Source: Candidatus Cloacimonadota bacterium
GTDB lineage: Bacteria; Cloacimonadota; Cloacimonadia; G963667145
DNA: 64,000 nt
Assembly: GCA_963667255.1 (NCBI GenBank)
Contig: OY762940.1
Span: forward strand, 256,001 to 320,000
Reading direction: 5' to 3'
The translations under genes were made by a program, and so were the position numbers. Under the pieces are notes generated by a model. It was given only the letters and a program-made list of their open reading frames with translations. It did no database searches and had not been told where the DNA came from. Positions 30,764-40,695 of the stretch are shown piece after piece; position 1 is the first letter of the stretch; every line of letters starts with the position of its first letter.

Positions 30764-31031
30764 CTGCCCACCTCGCTTTCTATGTGAATATTTTTATGAA
30801 AAAAATTAGCAATGGTTAAAATGTCAAGAATTTTAAAATATCACAAATTCAGAAAAAAGAAGTTGACGGGAAATGGCAAAAAATTTCTGATTGGGGTTGT
30901 GAGCAAATAAGAATTAAAGAAAAGCTAATGAGAATAAAAGAACTTGTAGCTTAATTATAATTCTTGAGATACTAAATATAGTAGTGTAATTGGGAATCGT
31001 ATGCAAGCAAAAAAGATAGTAGCCCTATCAA

Positions 31032-31655
31032 ATGACAAATTTAAACAAAAAATATCTGTTTAGGATGACGCATATTGAAAATATTCCACATATCCTTCAA
31101 TATGGAATTACTCATTCATCGTCAAATAATGCCAACCCAAATTTCAAACCAATTGGAGACAATAGTTTAATTTCAACTCGCAATGACTTTACATTAAATA
31201 ATGGGAAACATTTAGGAGAATACATCCCATTCTATTTTGGAGCAAGAATGCCAATGCTATATGTAATTCAACACGGATTTAATATGGTATCACCAACAAA
31301 TGCAGAAGAAATCATATACTGTGTTAGTTCTATTCAAAAAATAATAGATTTACAATTAGAGTTTATATTCACAGATGGTCATGCTGTTGATGGATTTTCA
31401 TCTCAATATACAATAAAAGACATAGAAAATATTGAGAAAATTATTGATTGGAAATCTGTTAATGCAAAATATTGGAAAGATGAAAACGATTTAGACCTAA
31501 AACGCAGAAAAGAAGCAGAATTTTTAATTTTAGGAGATGTTTCAATGGATGCAATTTTAGGATACATTGTATCAAATGAAAATGCAAAGCATAGATTAAT
31601 TGATTTTGGCATAAATGAGAATAATATCCTTATTAAACCAAATTATTATTTTTAA
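31032..31655 (+). CDS. darT: DarT DNA ADP-ribosyltransferase toxin (DUF4433)
   Basis: RMTHIENIPHIL, YIPFYFGARMPMLY, FTDGHA, RRKEAEFL (catalytic Glu retained). Confidence 0.92.
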   Translation: MTNLNKKYLFRMTHIENIPHILQYGITHSSSNNANPNFKPIGDNSLISTRNDFTLNNGKHLGEYIPFYFGARMPMLYVIQHGFNMVSPTNAEEIIYCVSSIQKIIDLQLEFIFTDGHAVDGFSSQYTIKDIENIEKIIDWKSVNAKYWKDENDLDLKRRKEAEFLILGDVSMDAILGYIVSNENAKHRLIDFGINENNILIKPNYYF

Positions 31656-31657
31656 AT

Positions 31658-32692
31658 ATGATACATTATATAAAAGGCAATTTGTTTGAAAGTGAAGCTG
31701 AAGCTTTAGTTAACACTGTTAACACTGTAGGTGTAATGGGGAAAGGAATAGCCTTGCAGTTTAAAAATATGTTTCCTAGTAACTTCAAAATTTATTCTAA
31801 TGCTTGTAAGAATAAAGAGTTAAAAGTTGGACAGCTTTTAGTTACAGAAGAAGCAACATTATTAGCAGGAGAAAAAATTATAATAAACTTTCCCACAAAA
31901 ACAAATTGGCGATTACCTTCGGAATATAAATATATCGAAGATGGTTTAGTAAAATTAACAACTGTTATAAAAGAAAAGAATATAAAGTCTATTGCTATTC
32001 CTCCATTAGGTACAGGAAATGGAGGTCTAAATTGGAATAAAGTTAAACAAATATTAGAAAATCATTTGTCTAATGTTAATTGTGAAATATTTATATATGA
32101 GCCAAATTCGACGATCAAAGAAGCATTAAAAAAAGAAAGAGTAAAACTTACACCTGCAAGAGCAATGCTTCTTTCTGTTTTATATGAATTAGTTCGTAAC
32201 GGTGAATTTGTTTCTGAATTTGCAGCAGAAAAAGTTGCATATTTTCTTCAACGCTTTGGAGCAAAAGAAACTTTCAAATTAAATTTTCAACCTAATTTTT
32301 ATGGACCCTATTCTGGGAAAGTAAAGTTTGTCTTATACCATCTAAATGGCAGTTACATTATGGGGTATAGCTCTAAAGATAAGAAACCTTTTGAGGAATT
32401 AGGACTTGTTTGTGATGCAGAAAAAGATGTTGATGATTTTTTAAATAAACTGGAAAATGCAGAAAATAAAATGATTGTTGAAAAAACGAAAAAATTCTTA
32501 ACTGGGTTTTATTCTCCATTTGGATTAGAACTTCTTTCAACAATTGACTTTATTACTACAGAAAAAAAAAATAGCAAACAAGATGAAATTACTCAAGAAT
32601 TAAAGAATTGGAGTAACAGAAAAAAGACATTATTTAATAATCCGAAATTTATACAAGTAGCTACACAACATATCCATCTACATATTAAATAA
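31658..32692 (+). CDS. darG: DarG macrodomain antitoxin
   Basis: NTVNTVGVMGKGIALQF, NFPTK, PPLGTGNGGL; C-terminal YGPYS and GLELLST; starts 2 nt after darT. Confidence 0.93.
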   Translation: MIHYIKGNLFESEAEALVNTVNTVGVMGKGIALQFKNMFPSNFKIYSNACKNKELKVGQLLVTEEATLLAGEKIIINFPTKTNWRLPSEYKYIEDGLVKLTTVIKEKNIKSIAIPPLGTGNGGLNWNKVKQILENHLSNVNCEIFIYEPNSTIKEALKKERVKLTPARAMLLSVLYELVRNGEFVSEFAAEKVAYFLQRFGAKETFKLNFQPNFYGPYSGKVKFVLYHLNGSYIMGYSSKDKKPFEELGLVCDAEKDVDDFLNKLENAENKMIVEKTKKFLTGFYSPFGLELLSTIDFITTEKKNSKQDEITQELKNWSNRKKTLFNNPKFIQVATQHIHLHIK

Positions 32693-32955
32693 AAAATTAT
32701 AGGCATTATTTCCCATCAGCAATGGTATAAAATGCAAATTGTAAAATCTGTATTTTACCTAAAATTTTATCAAAATTGAAGAATTAACATAATACAAACC
32801 AACCTCTTCTCTTACATTTTCTTGTCATCAATAATTTCTCCAAATAACACGCCTTAAACTCTCCAGCCTTATTCCATTTTATCATTGACACCAAAGCACC
32901 TTTTCTTTCCTTTGCACGAAATATAAACTCAATAATACGAAAAGGAGTTACAATC

Positions 32956-34188
32956 ATGGAATCAACCTTTAGCAAAATCGGACAATGCCTCAGCAACTTC
33001 CAAGCTGGTCTCAAACAGCAAGGAATCACACTGGAAGAGTATATAAACGACAATTACAAAAATAAATGGCTTTCCGACGAATTGTATCATATTTTCAAAA
33101 TCAAAACAACTTTTATGAACGCAGCCACTCAATTTTTGGCAAACGAAGGCTTGATAAATTTGGAAAAACTCCTGATGAGCGTGGTTACAGACCCGTTGGC
33201 TCACGATATCGAGCACACACCGACTATCTCTTACAAAGGCAACAGCTATGTGACTACTCACTCAATGATTTACAGCAAATTCCTCGCTTGCTCCAATCCG
33301 AAAATTAAGGGCGTTTTCGTGGACTCTCCGAATATCCGTTTGGAGCTGGAAAGCCCGACTCATCAACAAAGAGGTCGCTATCTGATTGACTTTTCGCAAA
33401 TCGACATCGAGATGAAAAGAGACCGCTATGTTACTTTGGACGAATATTTTTCCAAAGAAGATGAAATCTTGGAGCTCATCAAGAACGATAGTGCCAAAGC
33501 CAGAAATTTGTTCGAAAGAATGATAAAGCACATCTGCGAGGAGCTCAACAAATATAACAAAGAGGATATGGACGCACTTGATGTGCAGTTCCCTGTTCCG
33601 GCTGTCCCTTTCCCCGAATACACCTACGACTACGCTGTGGGTAAATATGGTAAAAAAACAGGCGAAGAAGAGGTTGGCAACGAAACTGACGACCAATTCT
33701 TTTGGATTACAGGTATCAAACGCGAGAACTACGATTTGATTTACCCGTTCCACAAAAAGGATGGCTCCAGCGTTTCCTTGGAAGATGTTACTTCCGAAAA
33801 CATTTTCAACTACGATTTGGTGGCTAAGACCGTGAAAAAAGACGGCACGAGGCTCACTGCTAAAGAGATTTTGTCTGGCGGAGTGAGAGAGTGGCTCTAC
33901 GAACCGATTGTGCAAAGAATTTTGGCAAACAAAGTCTTGAATGTTCGCCCAAATATCAAAGACGGCTACTTAGAAAATATCGAAGAGATGGCAGGTTACG
34001 GACCGTTTTTGATGTTCGCCAGCATGAAAAAGGACGACGGCACTCCGGTATTCCCCTCAACCATGGGCGGAGGACTCGGTGTGGAGAGATTCCTCTTCGC
34101 TACACTTCGTGGCGACAATATCCAAAAAATCGACGATGTAACCTTCTTCGGGAAAAACCCCGATTCACATTCACTATATCTTTTCTAA
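32956..34188 (+). CDS. Asparagine synthetase A, archaeal type (class II aaRS catalytic domain without anticodon-binding domain)
   Basis: VTDPL, THSMI, SPNIRLE, GRYLIDFSQIDIE, EILSGG.RE, GGGLGVER. Confidence 0.75.
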   Translation: MESTFSKIGQCLSNFQAGLKQQGITLEEYINDNYKNKWLSDELYHIFKIKTTFMNAATQFLANEGLINLEKLLMSVVTDPLAHDIEHTPTISYKGNSYVTTHSMIYSKFLACSNPKIKGVFVDSPNIRLELESPTHQQRGRYLIDFSQIDIEMKRDRYVTLDEYFSKEDEILELIKNDSAKARNLFERMIKHICEELNKYNKEDMDALDVQFPVPAVPFPEYTYDYAVGKYGKKTGEEEVGNETDDQFFWITGIKRENYDLIYPFHKKDGSSVSLEDVTSENIFNYDLVAKTVKKDGTRLTAKEILSGGVREWLYEPIVQRILANKVLNVRPNIKDGYLENIEEMAGYGPFLMFASMKKDDGTPVFPSTMGGGLGVERFLFATLRGDNIQKIDDVTFFGKNPDSHSLYLF

Positions 34189-34209
34189 TAAGTAAGCAAA
34201 ATTATGAGA

Positions 34210-34242
34210 AAAGGCTGAGAAAATTTCTCAGCCTTTACTTTT
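34210..34242 (+). terminator. Intrinsic terminator
   Basis: AAAGGCTGAGAA/TTCTCAGCCTTT stem with a T-rich tail. Confidence 0.8.
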
Positions 34243-34383
34243 ATTTCAAAAATCTAAACGACCAATTTTATCTCTCTATTTTAACTTAAACCATTAATCT
34301 TCAAATTTATTTCATACATAAATACCATTTAATTTAACTTTACAAATAAATACTCCTATTTATTTTTGTTTCGGAGGCATAAT

Positions 34384-35415
34384 ATGAAATTTACCAAAGA
34401 AATTGTGGGAGCAATTAAGCGATTCATAATAGAAAATATAGAAGCACACCCTAATGATATTTCCTCTGTTGTTGTGGGGCATTTTGAGATAACAAAACCA
34501 ACCTCATTAAAATATATTAATGAACTAATTGAAGATGATATTATTGAAAAAACAGGCAAAGGAAAATACCCTGCTTATATGCTTAAAAATAAGTCTTTTG
34601 AATTGAAGATAAAAATAACCAAAGAGTTGGAAGAAGATGCAATATGGCGAGAAGAAATTTCTTCTAAAGTAAAAGATTTGCCGGAAAATGTCAGGAAAAT
34701 CTGCCAGTATGGGTTTACTGAAATGGTAAATAATGTCATAGACCATTCTGATGGAAATTTTTTAACAATAACCCTTATAACTAACGCTAAAAAAATAGAA
34801 TTTTTGATTAGAGATGATGGAATAGGAATTTTCAACAAAATACAACAAGACCTTGAATTGGATAACCCAAAACATGCTATTTTAGAACTGGCAAAAGGAA
34901 AATTTACCTCTGACCCCAAAAACCACACAGGAGAAGGAATATTTTTTACTTCTAGAATGTTTGACTCATTTATGATTTTATCTGATGAACTCTACTTCTC
35001 AAGCAATAAAAATTCAGAAGACTGGCTATTTGAAAACAAAAAAGACAAAATAAACGGAACTTTTGTGTTTATGGCAATATCAAAAACATCAACTTTAGAT
35101 ATGATAGATGTTTTTAACGAATATGCAGACCCAAATAAAGTGCCGGGCTTTCATCGAACTGTAGTTCCAGTTAAACTCATGGAATACGAAGGAGAGTCGT
35201 TACTCTCAAGGTCTCAAGCAAAAAGATTAATAAATAGATTTGACCATTTCTTAGAAGTTATTCTTGATTTTGAGGGAGTAAAAATGATTGGGCAAGCATT
35301 TGCAGATCAGATATTTAGAGTTTTTACAAATGCACATCCAAATGTTAATCTTGTAGCGATAAACACAATTGATGAAGTGCAAAATATGATAAATTATGTA
35401 AAATCGAATAAGTGA
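34384..35415 (+). CDS. wHTH + HATPase_c + STAS-like (DUF4325) protein
   Basis: TEMVNNVIDHS, DDGIGIF, HTGEGIFFTS, SRSQAKR, LDFEGVKMIGQAFADQIF; GGAGG RBS. Confidence 0.8.
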   Translation: MKFTKEIVGAIKRFIIENIEAHPNDISSVVVGHFEITKPTSLKYINELIEDDIIEKTGKGKYPAYMLKNKSFELKIKITKELEEDAIWREEISSKVKDLPENVRKICQYGFTEMVNNVIDHSDGNFLTITLITNAKKIEFLIRDDGIGIFNKIQQDLELDNPKHAILELAKGKFTSDPKNHTGEGIFFTSRMFDSFMILSDELYFSSNKNSEDWLFENKKDKINGTFVFMAISKTSTLDMIDVFNEYADPNKVPGFHRTVVPVKLMEYEGESLLSRSQAKRLINRFDHFLEVILDFEGVKMIGQAFADQIFRVFTNAHPNVNLVAINTIDEVQNMINYVKSNK

Positions 35416-35437
35416 TTCTATTAGCTTTTTTTACAAA

Positions 35438-36148
35438 TCAACTACCCGCCACCGTCTCCAACGCAACTTCCATCATATTGGTGTAAGTGTTTTGTCGGCT
35501 CTCGGGGCTGTCGGCTTCGCCTGTCACCAAGCTGTCGCTGACGGTCAAAATTGCCAGTGCCTGCACTCCGAATTTGGCAGCAATAGTGTATAGTGCGGCA
35601 GCTTCCATCTCCACAGCGAGAACCCCAAATTCAGCCCACTTCTTCCACGCGTTCGGGTCGTCCTCATAAAAAATATCACTGGAAAAAATATTGCCGACCT
35701 TTGTTGGAACATTCTTCTTTTTCGCCTCGGAATAAGCCTTTTGCAGAAGGTCAAAATCGGCTGTAGGTGCAAAGTCAGCTCCACCGAAACGCAGTTTATT
35801 TACCGCCCAATTGCTTGAGGCAGCCATAGCCATTACCAAGCTACCCAACGGCAAATCGGCTTGCATACTCCCGCAAGAACCGACTCTTATCAACTTCTTC
35901 GCTCCAAACTCCTGAATAAGTTCCGTGGCATATATGCTGAACGAAGGCATCCCCATACCGGAGCCTTGCACTGAGACAGGTTTCCCCTTGTATGTGCCGG
36001 TGTAGCCCAGCATCCCTCTGACATCGTTGTGAAGAACAGCGTTATCCAGATAATTTTCGGCAATGAATTTGGCACGAAGAGGATCGCCCGGCATCAACAC
36101 CGCATCGGCGATTTTGACTCCACTTTTACAAGAAATATGCACTCCCAT
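35438..36148 (-). CDS. deoD: Purine-nucleoside phosphorylase
   Basis: PGDPLRAKFIA, GMGMPS, RVGSCG, VEMEAA, TVSDS. Confidence 0.96.
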   Translation of the reverse strand: MGVHISCKSGVKIADAVLMPGDPLRAKFIAENYLDNAVLHNDVRGMLGYTGTYKGKPVSVQGSGMGMPSFSIYATELIQEFGAKKLIRVGSCGSMQADLPLGSLVMAMAASSNWAVNKLRFGGADFAPTADFDLLQKAYSEAKKKNVPTKVGNIFSSDIFYEDDPNAWKKWAEFGVLAVEMEAAALYTIAAKFGVQALAILTVSDSLVTGEADSPESRQNTYTNMMEVALETVAGS

Positions 36149-36151
36149 ACT

Positions 36152-37828
36152 TTACTCCTTGATTTTTTTCAGAGACTGAGCAATGTTCAAAGATTTGTCT
36201 CCGATATGCTCAAAAATTTGCAAGAGATCCATATAAATAAGCTCGCCGCGGATGTTTATCTCCTCGTTTTTTTCCAATCTATATTTGGAAGCCTTCCTGA
36301 GTTTATTCCGCAAACCGTTAATCTTGTCCTCTATCTCGTAGGCTCTTTTCAAATCCCGTGAATGCAATTTTTGCATAGAAATGTCCAAATGCTCTTTGAG
36401 GAAGTCGATAAATCCACCGACAATGCCAGAATAAACTTCCAACTCCCGCTTGGCTTTTTCATGAAATCGATACTTCTTCCGCTTAATCTTTTCCGTAAGA
36501 AAAACAAGCTGATAGCAATAATCGCAAATGCTCTCTATCTCGTTGACTACCCTCGTCATTATCAAAATATTGTTGGCAGTATCTTCGCTGATGTTTTCGC
36601 GATTACATTTATTCAGATATTTGGAAATCTCAATCTGCATCTTGTCAGACAAATCTTCTTGCTTTTTCGCATTATCAAGAGCCTTGCTCAAATCCTCCGT
36701 ATCATCAAAATACGCCTGTTTATAATTGCCATACATCTCGCCAGCAAGCACCAACATTTTGCGAATCTCATTCTTCGCCGTAATCAACTCCAACTCGGGA
36801 GCTTTTTGCAGATTAGTGGAAAGGTATTGCAAAGAGTATCCGTATTTTTTCTCCTTCTCGGATTTGAAAACCAATTTGGAAGAAACAACCGCAATATATT
36901 TAACCAAAAAGATGCAAATACAAGTGTTAACGATATTAAACAAAGTGTGGAACAAGGAGACATTGAGAGGAAAATTCGCCAATAAACTGGAATCCCAAGG
37001 GGTAATCTTTAGGACAAATTCAGAAAACGGACGGAACAAAACCAGCATCCACATCACACCGAAAACATTAAACAGAAAATGTGCTCGTGCCGCTGTTTTC
37101 GCCACCTTATTAGTCGTGATGGCAGCCAAATTGGCGGTAATGGTCGTTCCGATGTTTTCCCCCAAAACCATAGCCATAGCCAAGGGAAGAGGTATCCACC
37201 CTTTGTATAGCATAGTCACGGTAATCGCCATAGATGCGGAGGAAGACTGAACAACCAAAGTAAGAATAGTGCCTACCAAAACAAAAAGAATAATAGAGCC
37301 AAAACCAAATCCTGTATAAGCCGACAAAAAACTCATAACTTCCGGACTATGCTTGATGTCGGGAACAGAATTTTTGAGATAATCCAACCCGATGAACAAC
37401 AACCCAAAGCCGATAAGCAAACTGCCAATATCTTTCCATTTTTGATTTTTCATGAAAGAGAGAGGGAAACCGACACCAACTATTGCCAAAGCGATAGCGG
37501 AAATTTTGAACTTGAAGCCGAAAAAGGAGACAATCCAAGTCGTAACAGTAGTGCCGATATTGGCACCCATTATCACACCGATAGACTGTATCAGAGTCAG
37601 CATCCCTGCGTTAACGAAGCTAACCACCATCACCGTGGTAGCAGAAGAAGACTGAATAATCGCCGTCACCAAACAGCCGGTCAGCACACCCATAAAGCGA
37701 TTATTGGTCATGTAATTCAAAACCGTTTTGAGGCGACTGCCTGCGACTCTCTGCAAAGCATCGCTCATAATCTTCATTCCAAAAAGAAAAATTCCCAGTG
37801 AACCTAACAATTCCAAAAATTTTAACAT
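36152..37828 (-). CDS. Na/Pi cotransporter family protein with PhoU-like C-terminus
   Basis: QSSS twice; GANIGTT and GENIGTT. Confidence 0.92.
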   Translation of the reverse strand: MLKFLELLGSLGIFLFGMKIMSDALQRVAGSRLKTVLNYMTNNRFMGVLTGCLVTAIIQSSSATTVMVVSFVNAGMLTLIQSIGVIMGANIGTTVTTWIVSFFGFKFKISAIALAIVGVGFPLSFMKNQKWKDIGSLLIGFGLLFIGLDYLKNSVPDIKHSPEVMSFLSAYTGFGFGSIILFVLVGTILTLVVQSSSASMAITVTMLYKGWIPLPLAMAMVLGENIGTTITANLAAITTNKVAKTAARAHFLFNVFGVMWMLVLFRPFSEFVLKITPWDSSLLANFPLNVSLFHTLFNIVNTCICIFLVKYIAVVSSKLVFKSEKEKKYGYSLQYLSTNLQKAPELELITAKNEIRKMLVLAGEMYGNYKQAYFDDTEDLSKALDNAKKQEDLSDKMQIEISKYLNKCNRENISEDTANNILIMTRVVNEIESICDYCYQLVFLTEKIKRKKYRFHEKAKRELEVYSGIVGGFIDFLKEHLDISMQKLHSRDLKRAYEIEDKINGLRNKLRKASKYRLEKNEEINIRGELIYMDLLQIFEHIGDKSLNIAQSLKKIKE

Positions 37829-37857
37829 TTTCTTTTCTCCGTTAAATTAGTCCAAAC

Positions 37858-38586
37858 TCAGATTCCCAAAACTTTGTCCAAAAACTTTTTAGTTCTCTCA
37901 TTTTGAGGATTGCCAAATAACTCTTGCGGAGTGTTTTCCTCTACGATAACGCCATCATCCATAAAGACCACACGGTCGGAAACTTCGTTGGCAAATCCCA
38001 TCTGATGAGTCACCAAAATCAGTGTCATCCCGTGATTAGCCAGAGATTTGATAATCTCCAAAACTTCCCCGATAACCTCAGGGTCGAGAGCGGAAGTCGG
38101 CTCATCAAAAAGCATAATCTCAGGCTCCATAGCCAAAGCTCTGGCGATAGCAACCCGCTGTTTTTGCCCACCGGACAGTGCGGAAGGATAAACATCTTTC
38201 TTGTCATCAAGCCCCACTTGCCCAAGCAGCTTCAGAGCCAACTCCTCAGCAACTTTGGGGTCAATTTTCTTCACTTTTCTCGGAGCCAATGTGATATTTT
38301 GCAAAACTGTCAAATGAGGGAAAAGATTGAAATGTTGGAAAACCATCCCCACCTTTTGTCTCATCTCCACCGGATTGTTGCTCGGGTCCAAAATATCCAT
38401 GTCCTTGATGTAAATATGACCACCTGTCGGCTCTTCCATCAGATTGATGCAGCGAAGAAATGTAGATTTGCCGGAGCCGGACGGACCTATTATGCAAATC
38501 GTGTCTTTCTCTTTAATATCGTAATCGATGCCTTTCAGGACCTGCAAGTCTCCGAAAGACTTTTGCAAATTTCTAACTTTAATCAT
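37858..38586 (-). CDS. Polar amino-acid ABC transporter ATP-binding protein (GlnQ-like)
   Basis: [33 protein letters not shown]. Confidence 0.93.
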   Translation of the reverse strand: MIKVRNLQKSFGDLQVLKGIDYDIKEKDTICIIGPSGSGKSTFLRCINLMEEPTGGHIYIKDMDILDPSNNPVEMRQKVGMVFQHFNLFPHLTVLQNITLAPRKVKKIDPKVAEELALKLLGQVGLDDKKDVYPSALSGGQKQRVAIARALAMEPEIMLFDEPTSALDPEVIGEVLEIIKSLANHGMTLILVTHQMGFANEVSDRVVFMDDGVIVEENTPQELFGNPQNERTKKFLDKVLGI

Positions 38587-39253
38587 TATCCAACCTTTTC
38601 TCTAAATAAGATACCAATTTGGAAATAGCAAAAGTCATAACAAGATAAACTAAAGCCACACCTATATAAACCGTAAACGCCTCAAAAGTAACCGACACAT
38701 ACAATTGCCCCTTGCGAGTCAGTTCGGTAACGCCTATCACAGACAAGAGGGAAGTGTCCTTGAGCAAAATTATGAACTCGTTACCCAGAGGAGGCACTAT
38801 CCTTTTGAAAGCTTGTGGCAATATCACCAATCGCATCACCATTCTCGGAGGCATTCCCAATGATTTGGCGGCTTCCCACTGACCCTTGGCAATAGAAACT
38901 ATCCCCGCTCTGAAAATCTCCGCTACATACGCTCCACTATTGACAGAGCAAACGAAAATGCCCGCAAACATAGGCGACAAACGGATAGACTGCCCGAAAA
39001 TATCCGAGCAAAGAGACGGGAATCCAAAATAAACCAGCAATATCTGCACAAACAGAGGAGTCCCCCTGACCACATCTACATAAACACTAGCCGGATATCT
39101 TAAGAATTTACTGGAAGAAAGCTTGCCGAGACTCGTGAATAGACCGATAAGAACACCGAAGAAAACCGAAACACTGGTAATCTCTACCGTCAATATCGCC
39201 CCATCCAAGAGGCTCGGCAAAACATCTAAAAAAACACTAAAACTTTGAATCAA
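38579..39253 (-). CDS. Polar amino-acid ABC transporter permease
   Basis: [36 protein letters not shown]. Confidence 0.93.
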   Translation of the reverse strand: MIQSFSVFLDVLPSLLDGAILTVEITSVSVFFGVLIGLFTSLGKLSSSKFLRYPASVYVDVVRGTPLFVQILLVYFGFPSLCSDIFGQSIRLSPMFAGIFVCSVNSGAYVAEIFRAGIVSIAKGQWEAAKSLGMPPRMVMRLVILPQAFKRIVPPLGNEFIILLKDTSLLSVIGVTELTRKGQLYVSVTFEAFTVYIGVALVYLVMTFAISKLVSYLEKRLDND

Positions 39254-39268
39254 AACAAACCCGTCAGA

Positions 39269-40003
39269 TTAAAAGTATTTAGCCATAATTTTGTCATACT
39301 CACCGCTTTCGATAAGATTAGCAAGACCCTTATTCACTTTGCTCAAAAGCTCTTCGTTCTTCTTATTCATAGCAAAGCCGTAGCTTTCGCTTGTCAGAGT
39401 GCTACCGACCATCTTAACATCATCAGGTTTTTTGGAGACATACACTTTGGTTACAGGCAAGTCGTTGATTACAGCTTCCACTCCACCATTGACAAGGTCA
39501 AGCATCGCCATATCGATAGTATTGAAAGTAACTATTTTGCCGATTTTGCCCTCAGCTTGCAACTCTTCAGCTTTGATAGCCCCGGTCGTGCCGATTTGCA
39601 CACCGACAGTTTTACCTTGCAAATCGTCCACAGATTTGGTTACATCGTCATTAGCCTTCACAGCCAAAGCAAGACCTGCGTTTATATACGGCGAAGAGAA
39701 AGAGACCTTTTTCTCTCTTTCCTCAGTAATGGTCATCCCCGAAGCAGCGATGTCGATATTGCCGGCTTCCAAGGCAGGAATGAGCCCGTCAAATCCAAGA
39801 CCTTTGATTTCCACCTCAAACCCTTGGTCAGCAGCAATAGCTTTGATAAGGTCAATGTCAAATCCAACTATCTCTCCCGAAGATTTGTCAATATACTCAA
39901 ACGGGGGGAAAGTGGACTCTGTGCCCACAACCACAACAGATTTTTTCTTCGCACATGACAAAAGTGCAAAAGCAACTAGCACAAAACACATTATTTTCTT
40001 CAT
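39269..40003 (-). CDS. Polar/basic amino-acid ABC transporter substrate-binding lipoprotein
   Basis: Lipobox LLSC; FPPFEY, GFDIDL, GMTITEER, VGVQIGTTG. Confidence 0.93.
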   Translation of the reverse strand: MKKIMCFVLVAFALLSCAKKKSVVVVGTESTFPPFEYIDKSSGEIVGFDIDLIKAIAADQGFEVEIKGLGFDGLIPALEAGNIDIAASGMTITEEREKKVSFSSPYINAGLALAVKANDDVTKSVDDLQGKTVGVQIGTTGAIKAEELQAEGKIGKIVTFNTIDMAMLDLVNGGVEAVINDLPVTKVYVSKKPDDVKMVGSTLTSESYGFAMNKKNEELLSKVNKGLANLIESGEYDKIMAKYF

Positions 40004-40101
40004 TATTTTTCTCTCCTTTGGCGGACATGAAGAGGACTCCGCCTACATATTTGTGATTCCCATCTTTATCTCCAAATGAAAGCCGTCAAATAAAAATAAT
40101 G

Positions 40102-40130
40102 AAAAAGGCAGAAACAAAAGTTTCCGCCTT
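40102..40130 (-). terminator. Intrinsic terminator of the oxidoreductase operon
   Basis: Minus strand AAGGCGGAAAC-TTTT-GTTTCTGCCTT-TTT. Confidence 0.75.
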
Positions 40131-40155
40131 CATTTATACTTAAGCATGTTATAGG

Positions 40156-40695
40156 CTATTCTTTGGCAAACTCCATACCTTTCTTTATCGCTTGCATATT
40201 AAGCTCCAACAAATCAGGATTCTTTTCCCCCATAAAAGCTACCAAATCTTCTTCCACAGATTCATGTTTGACCACTTTTGTAGCTTCTATGAAAATACCT
40301 ATTGCCAACATATTTACAATTTTCATACTTCCCATATCACTGGCAACCCTGCTCATGGGCATTTCTATTACTCTGATATCTTTCCGCTTTGTCCCGTTCG
40401 GACACATATCGGAATTCACTATCAAAACTCCGCCTTTTACTACCAGAGGTTCAAATTTATCAACGGAAGGTTGATTAAGAGCTATAACCACATCGGGAGT
40501 ATTGACTATCGGAGAAGCTATCTCTTCATCAGAGAAAATTACCGAGCAATTCGCTGTCCCGCCTCGCATAGCCGGACCGTATGAGGGTAACCAAGTAACC
40601 TCTTTCCCCTCTTTCATGGAGGCTTTAGCCAAAAATTTACCGATGGTCAATGCGCCTTGACCTCCGAAACCGGAACAAATTAATCTTACTTTCAT
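40156..40695 (-). CDS. 2-oxoacid:ferredoxin oxidoreductase gamma subunit
   Basis: GFGGQG, PSYGPAMRGGTA. Confidence 0.92.
   Translation of the reverse strand: MKVRLICSGFGGQGALTIGKFLAKASMKEGKEVTWLPSYGPAMRGGTANCSVIFSDEEIASPIVNTPDVVIALNQPSVDKFEPLVVKGGVLIVNSDMCPNGTKRKDIRVIEMPMSRVASDMGSMKIVNMLAIGIFIEATKVVKHESVEEDLVAFMGEKNPDLLELNMQAIKKGMEFAKE

Noticed and set aside
30359..30830. Complete active IS5 element
   Set aside because: No DDE domain, terminal inverted repeats or target duplication found.
30841..30954. Short open frame ...KEVDGKWQKISDWGCEQIRIKEKLMRIKELVA and GTTGTGAGCAA upstream of darT
   Set aside because: No convincing start or RBS and no complementary site after darG; at most an unassignable remnant.
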